Shown piece by piece: positions 59,240 to 64,000 of a DNA stretch of 64,000 nucleotides. Both the position numbers and the translations under genes were made by a program. Below the pieces are notes generated by a model. It did no database searches, had not been told where the DNA came from, and saw only the letters and a list, made by a program, of their open reading frames with translations. How positions within the stretch are numbered: position 1 is the first letter of the stretch; each line of letters begins with the position of its first letter. This stretch comes from an uncultured virus (IMG/VR IMGVR_UViG_3300027832_001134) (lineage: Duplodnaviria; Heunggongvirae; Uroviricota; Caudoviricetes), in the IMG/VR virus record IMGVR_UViG_3300027832_001134; one strand, 5' to 3'.

Positions 59240-60006
59240 CCCTGCAGCCCCCAGCAGCGCTCGGCCCATGGGCAGAAACGGCACTCGAAGAAATCGCGGT
59301 TCTGTGCGATGCGCGGCAGCAACTCGCCGGCATCGGTGGCCCGCAGGATCCGCACCGCCCGGTCGGACATCCGCTGCGCCAAATCTGCATCGAAGGGCAC
59401 CAGCTCATGGTGCATCTCAGCCGTGTCCTTGTTGATGGCAGTGAACACGGCCGGTGCGGCGCTGATGCCGGGCACGCTGGCTTCCATATAGGCCTGATAA
59501 AGTGCTATCTGCGCGGCATAGACCGGCTTGGCGATGGTGACGCCGTCCTTGACGCAAAGGCGCCAGTTCTTCGCGTTCATCGTCTTACATTCCCAGAGTG
59601 CGGGAATGGCCAGCTCCAGGCCCTCGGGGCCCGCAGCAATGATACCGTCCACGTGGCCCCGCACCCGACCACCGGCGGCCGAGAAACCAAACTGGCCACC
59701 ATCCGGCCGGTTGCCCTTCCGCGTATAGAGATCGAAGCCCGCGCCGCGCAGCCAGGCCACCGCCAGGTCCTCAAGCGCGTGGCCAATGGCGAAGATGCGC
59801 AGCAGTTGCCCGGAAAACCCTTGCCCCTCGTCCTTGGGCGCATGCGTGAATTCGAACTGCAAAGCCCTCTCGCAGGCATGACCGAGCCGCGAGCCGCCGA
59901 GATAATCACGCGGAACGCGTTCAGCGTTTTCCGTGGTCAAGGCTGCATCGACTGCGGCGTTCACCTTCTCGGAGAAGCTGGGCCTGTGATTGTAATCCAG
60001 CGTCAA
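59236..60006 (-). CDS. PD-(D/E)XK exonuclease (Cas4-like phage type)
   Basis: YLGGSRLGHAC, GHVDG..WECK, AQIALY, CRFCPWAERC. Confidence 0.82.
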   Translation of the reverse strand: MTLDYNHRPSFSEKVNAAVDAALTTENAERVPRDYLGGSRLGHACERALQFEFTHAPKDEGQGFSGQLLRIFAIGHALEDLAVAWLRGAGFDLYTRKGNRPDGGQFGFSAAGGRVRGHVDGIIAAGPEGLELAIPALWECKTMNAKNWRLCVKDGVTIAKPVYAAQIALYQAYMEASVPGISAAPAVFTAINKDTAEMHHELVPFDADLAQRMSDRAVRILRATDAGELLPRIAQNRDFFECRFCPWAERCWGLQG

Positions 60007-60413
60007 AACGGCACCTCCGGGCTTTTCGTCTTTGCGATGTCAGCCATCGCCTCGCGAAAGCCCTCGACGGCTTCCTCAATGACGGCGCGGACTTGGGGCT
60101 CCGACAAATCGGCAAAGCGGGTTTGCCAGCCGATCTCGTCCATCAGCAGCGCCAGCCGCTTCATGGTGGCAGTGACGGCGGCACGTTCCTCGTCGGTCAG
60201 ATCAACCATGGCTGAGGACCCCCGAGCCAATTGCCACCAGTAGTTTTGGCAGGGCATCGAGCAGAACCAGACCGATGGCCGGCGATGCTTCGTGCGCGTA
60301 GGATCCGACCAGCCGAAGCCATGCGTCGGAGAACGGCAGACCGCGCAAAGCTGAAATCGCGGATGCCAGAGCGTCCGGCGCTGATCTGCAGACAGGGAAA
60401 TGTTGATTGTCAT
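60003..60413 (-). CDS. DUF6511-like zinc-binding protein
   Basis: CAVC..FCSMPC followed by MVDLT..EVPF. Confidence 0.7.
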   Translation of the reverse strand: MTINISLSADQRRTLWHPRFQLCAVCRSPTHGFGWSDPTRTKHRRPSVWFCSMPCQNYWWQLARGSSAMVDLTDEERAAVTATMKRLALLMDEIGWQTRFADLSEPQVRAVIEEAVEGFREAMADIAKTKSPEVPF

Positions 60414-60416
60414 GGG

Positions 60417-62108
60417 TCATGCGGCCCTCCGCTGATCGGGGGCGACACTCATGACGAGGTGACGGATCGCCCGCTTGTTGAAGGTGAAAGTCATCAGCGC
60501 CGAGGCGTGATAGCGTGTCAGGCCATAGTCCTGCCGATAGGCGGGCGGCAGGTATTGCAGCTGCTTGTCCGTGGCGGCCTGTTTCAGCCAGCCGCGCGTT
60601 TTGAAGGCGCTTTCGTCGGTCTCGACCTCGTTCAGCCAATCATCGGCCTGCGCGAGGCAGACGGTCCGTTCGCCGATGCCCAGCAAGCGGGGGCTTTGGC
60701 CCTTTGCGCCGCCGACCGCATGCCAGCGCCCTTCCAGAAAGAAGATGCCGCCCCAGGCGTTGAACCCGTTGGCCATTAGCGCGTCATCGGCCCCAAAGAG
60801 ATCGATCCAGGCGAAGCTTGATCGTTTCAGGAGGTCGATCTCCGTCATGATGAAGCCGGTCAACTCGGCGCGCCTCGACGCATCGGCCTCGCCGTCGTCA
60901 TCAGCGCCAAGAACCTCGCCGCAGAGCGGGCATTCGAAACAGGCCAGAGGAATGTCAGCCCCACAGGCCGGGCACGCCTTGGTCGGGGCCTCGCCGGTCT
61001 CAGTCTTGCCATCAAGATCGACGTCCTGCTCCAGAGTGCCGTGGATCAGACTCGAGGTCCCAAAATCCAGCACGACGCAGTCAGTCTTGATGACGCCGGG
61101 GTGTTCCTCCGGATCAATGGTACGCAGCCCGCGCCCCACCATCTGGATCATGGTGGATTTGTAGGAACTGGGCCGCAACAGCACGACGCAGGAGGTCGGC
61201 GGGTGATCCCAACCTTCGGTCAGCACCGCCACGTTGACGATGATGCGAATATCCCCGGCGGTATAGGCAGCGAGAATCTGGCGGCGCGCTTCACTCGGCA
61301 GATCGCCATGAATCAGCCCGGATGCCACATCTGCGGCGTTGAATGCCTCCGTGACATGGGCGGCGTGGGCGACGGTGGAACAGAACACCACGGTTTGACG
61401 ATCACCCGCTTTCTCCTTCCAGTGCCGGATGACCTCGTCGGTGACCGGCGCGCGGTCCATGATCGACGCGACCTCAGCCATGTCGAAATCCGCCAGCGTC
61501 TTGCGCACAGCGCGCAGCTTGTCCTGCACACCAACATCGATCACGAAAGTGCGCGGCGGGACCAGATGCCCAGAGACGATCAACTCCCCCAGACGCACCT
61601 GGTCGGCGACATTATCGAACACTTCGCGCAGACCCTTCTTGTCGCCACGGTTCGGGGTGGCTGTGACGCCGAAGATGCGGGCGTCAGGATTGGCATTGCG
61701 GACTTGGTCGATAATGCGGCGGTAGCTTGCCGCCACCGCATGATGCGCCTCATCAATCACCAGCAGATCAAGCTGTGGCATGGCGGCGAGATTGCCGAGC
61801 CGGGCCAGCGTCGGCACCATTGCGAAGGTCACCTGACCGGCCCACGACTTGGCACTGGCATCGACCACCGACGTGGTCACGCCTGGATTGACCCGGGCAA
61901 ACTTGCCCCGGTTCTGATCGGTCAGCTCATCGCGGTGGGCCAGCACGCAGGCCTTGGCAGCGCTGTCGCCGATCATCTCACCCGTGACCGCCGACAGCAT
62001 GATCGTCTTGCCCGCACCGGTGGGTGCTATGCCCAGCGTGTTGTCGTGGGCGTCAAGCGCAGCAAGGCTGCGCTCGACGAAGGTTTTCTGACGAGGACGC
62101 AGTCGCAT
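60417..62108 (-). CDS. SF2 DEAD/DEAH helicase with zinc finger
   Basis: PTGAGKT, DEAH, TAT, QMVGRGLR, CPAC..CPLC. Confidence 0.92.
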   Translation of the reverse strand: MRLRPRQKTFVERSLAALDAHDNTLGIAPTGAGKTIMLSAVTGEMIGDSAAKACVLAHRDELTDQNRGKFARVNPGVTTSVVDASAKSWAGQVTFAMVPTLARLGNLAAMPQLDLLVIDEAHHAVAASYRRIIDQVRNANPDARIFGVTATPNRGDKKGLREVFDNVADQVRLGELIVSGHLVPPRTFVIDVGVQDKLRAVRKTLADFDMAEVASIMDRAPVTDEVIRHWKEKAGDRQTVVFCSTVAHAAHVTEAFNAADVASGLIHGDLPSEARRQILAAYTAGDIRIIVNVAVLTEGWDHPPTSCVVLLRPSSYKSTMIQMVGRGLRTIDPEEHPGVIKTDCVVLDFGTSSLIHGTLEQDVDLDGKTETGEAPTKACPACGADIPLACFECPLCGEVLGADDDGEADASRRAELTGFIMTEIDLLKRSSFAWIDLFGADDALMANGFNAWGGIFFLEGRWHAVGGAKGQSPRLLGIGERTVCLAQADDWLNEVETDESAFKTRGWLKQAATDKQLQYLPPAYRQDYGLTRYHASALMTFTFNKRAIRHLVMSVAPDQRRAA

Positions 62109-62119
62109 GATCGCTCCCC

Positions 62120-62764
62120 TCACTCGGCCCAGCTGGGACGCCCGGAAAAGCCGGGTGTCGCAGGGGTTTGCGCTGTCTGCGTTTGCGGGGCGGGCTCGGT
62201 GGAGACCTGAGCCGGGGCATTCAGCACCGAGGGTTGGCCGTATTCCTGCATCGGAGCTGCCCCGCCATGCCCCATCAGCTGAGCATAATCGCGGTGGCTG
62301 GGTGTGACGGCTGAGCGGACCTCGTTCTTGTCTTCGCCATTGGTATCGGAACCGATATCCATCCGCGCGATGAATTCGATCCCGTCCAACTCAGCAAAAC
62401 CGCTGATCCGGCGTTTGGCCTGTGCCTGCGCCGAGTTGTCCTTGTCATCAAGCCCACGCGCCGAGTTCAGGATGCCCTTGACCAGGCCGCGCCCTGCGTT
62501 GCCCCAATCCGGGCCCTTCGGGCTGAAGAGCCCGATCAGCGACCAGATCTTGCGTTTAGCGTATGGCCCCTCGACAACGGTATATTCGGCGTCGAGATAG
62601 ACAGCGCCGGTAGCGCCGCGTTTGGCATAGCCGCCGGTCCAACCCTGCGACGGATCGTCAAAGCCTCCAGGACGGATGGTCAGACGCACCTTGGCCAGTG
62701 TGCCCTTCGGAATGACGGTGCCGTTGCTTTGCGCGGAGTTGAAATCGTTCCAGAGTCCGGTCAT
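62120..62764 (-). CDS. Putative ssDNA-binding protein
   Basis: OB-like YLDAEYTVVEGPY..KIW; Pro/Gln-rich tail ending RPSWAE. Confidence 0.65.
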   Translation of the reverse strand: MTGLWNDFNSAQSNGTVIPKGTLAKVRLTIRPGGFDDPSQGWTGGYAKRGATGAVYLDAEYTVVEGPYAKRKIWSLIGLFSPKGPDWGNAGRGLVKGILNSARGLDDKDNSAQAQAKRRISGFAELDGIEFIARMDIGSDTNGEDKNEVRSAVTPSHRDYAQLMGHGGAAPMQEYGQPSVLNAPAQVSTEPAPQTQTAQTPATPGFSGRPSWAE

Positions 62765-62777
62765 TGGATTTTTCCTT

Positions 62778-63659
62778 TCAATTGACGTGGGAGGGGTTAG
62801 CGGCAGCCTCTGCAGGCTGGTCCTGAACTGCGGCCGCGTAGGTGAGACGCGCTGCTGCGGGGCGCACTGGGCCGTGAATCTTGGCCATCAACTGGCCCAG
62901 ATGCGGCACTTCGATCATATCGAGCCGCCCGGAGCGGTCCTTGGCCGGAAAGCCGAACGGGTTCAGCGTCTGACAGACAAAGGCGCGTGCGGGCTGGCTA
63001 TCGGCTCCGGCAATCTCGGCCATGGTGATCACCTGATCGACGATCCCTGGCAGCTCCAAGCCGGTCTTGGAGCCGTCGATCTGGGGCGAGAACACCTTGC
63101 GATTGAAGTCATCGAGCTTCTCGTCGAGTATCCCGACGAACCAGATGTTCTTGCCCCGGGTGTGCTGCAGATGCGTGAGCCAGGCGATCATTTCGCGGCC
63201 ATGCAGCCCGTAAGCCCCCCGGACATCCGGCTTGCCGGTTTTTTCCGAGAACGCCTCAGGCTGGCCCTTGCACCATTGAAAGCATAGCCGCCCGGCAACG
63301 GTGATCGAGTCGACGAACAGCGTCTCGTAGCGTTCCAGCACAGCAGGATTGCCGAACTTCTGGCAAACGGCGGCATGGTGCGCCGGGCTGTAGGCCTGAT
63401 CGTCGCGCAGGCTCGGGTTCGGGCCGCCGATAAACACCGCGAAATCGCGGCAATCCATCCAGGTACGTGGCCGTATCGTGTCTCCCTGCCAGCCCTCAAT
63501 GGCGAGATCGCCTGCCTCAAGATCCATGAACAGGGTTGTGGTGGCAGTCAGCGACCACAAAAGGCTGGTCTTGCCGATGCCAGATTTGCCGAAGATGCAG
63601 CCCTTGATGCCGCGTGGTTCGGCCAGCCGCTGATCAGCGGTAATGATGGGGAGGCTCAT
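62778..63659 (-). CDS. Sak4-like AAA ATPase (recombination)
   Basis: GKSGIGKT, DLEAG, FVDSIT, AKDRSG. Confidence 0.82.
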   Translation of the reverse strand: MSLPIITADQRLAEPRGIKGCIFGKSGIGKTSLLWSLTATTTLFMDLEAGDLAIEGWQGDTIRPRTWMDCRDFAVFIGGPNPSLRDDQAYSPAHHAAVCQKFGNPAVLERYETLFVDSITVAGRLCFQWCKGQPEAFSEKTGKPDVRGAYGLHGREMIAWLTHLQHTRGKNIWFVGILDEKLDDFNRKVFSPQIDGSKTGLELPGIVDQVITMAEIAGADSQPARAFVCQTLNPFGFPAKDRSGRLDMIEVPHLGQLMAKIHGPVRPAAARLTYAAAVQDQPAEAAANPSHVN

Positions 63660-63952
63660 TTCATGCCTCCCGCATTCAGTGCGGCAGCAACGGCAATATC
63701 GGTGCCGATGGCGCCTGCCTTACGTCCCAGTTCGTAAAGCTGTTTCAACGACGAGGACCGACGGATCACAGCCGAACATTCCTGATCGGCAGCGACGATC
63801 GCGAAGGCGATATCGTCCAAAGTCGCCTTGTTGATCAGCACTGGCGGCTCTACCGGACGGCCCGAATGCTCCGGAAAGCAAAGGGCATCCGGGAGATCCT
63901 CAAGGCCGTAGTGCGTCTTTTTCAGACGTGCGAGAGCGTTTCCGGAAAACAT
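63656..63952 (-). CDS. Hypothetical phage protein
   Basis: 98 aa ORF with RBS, ATGA-coupled to the ATPase. Confidence 0.65.
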   Translation of the reverse strand: MFSGNALARLKKTHYGLEDLPDALCFPEHSGRPVEPPVLINKATLDDIAFAIVAADQECSAVIRRSSSLKQLYELGRKAGAIGTDIAVAAALNAGGMK

Positions 63953-64000
63953 CAGTTGTCCTCCTGATCAAGGGTGAGGGAGAAGGTCTGGCGACCGGTG

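Larger units (their letters stand above)
30185..64000 (-). mobile_element. Lambda-like siphovirus prophage (continues beyond right edge; left boundary uncertain)
   Basis: Ordered replication, terminase, portal, protease, capsid, tail and lysis modules. Confidence 0.95.

Noticed and set aside
59236..60006. Cas4-like nuclease as evidence of CRISPR-Cas
   Set aside because: Embedded in the phage recombination/replication operon; no array or other cas genes

Overview
GC-rich alphaproteobacterial (Rhodobacteraceae-like) accessory region in three parts. (1) 1-12.7 kb: the 3' end of an SDR gene, an IS cluster (intact IS630, an IS630 remnant, a serine recombinase remnant, IS21), a low-GC HigB/HigA-zinc-peptidase toxin-antitoxin pair, a plasmid/ICE-type topoisomerase III, a DUF6880-like gene and an IS3. 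(2) 12.9-29.6 kb: a tyrosine integrase followed by a co-directional defence island: WYL regulator, SNF2-like helicase, DUF4391, type III Mod1, orphan ORF, Mod2, PD-(D/E)XK-like ORF, type III Res, GIY-YIG/DUF4357 and DUF4236-TPR. The two mod genes share a ~380 bp 3' direct repeat. (3) 30.2-64 kb: a lambda-like siphovirus prophage on the minus strand (replication, MTases, cos-like site, terminase, head, tail, lysis) that continues past the right edge. The most striking observations are a C5 DNA methyltransferase locus read in two fully overlapping same-strand frames (motif IX-like segment and WPTP repeats in the second frame), the two-Mod/one-Res type III system with helicase and DUF4391 behind a WYL gene, and a tail-tip protein with a VWA insert and 17-aa C-terminal repeats. 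Family assignments come from motif recognition by eye; no database searches were run.
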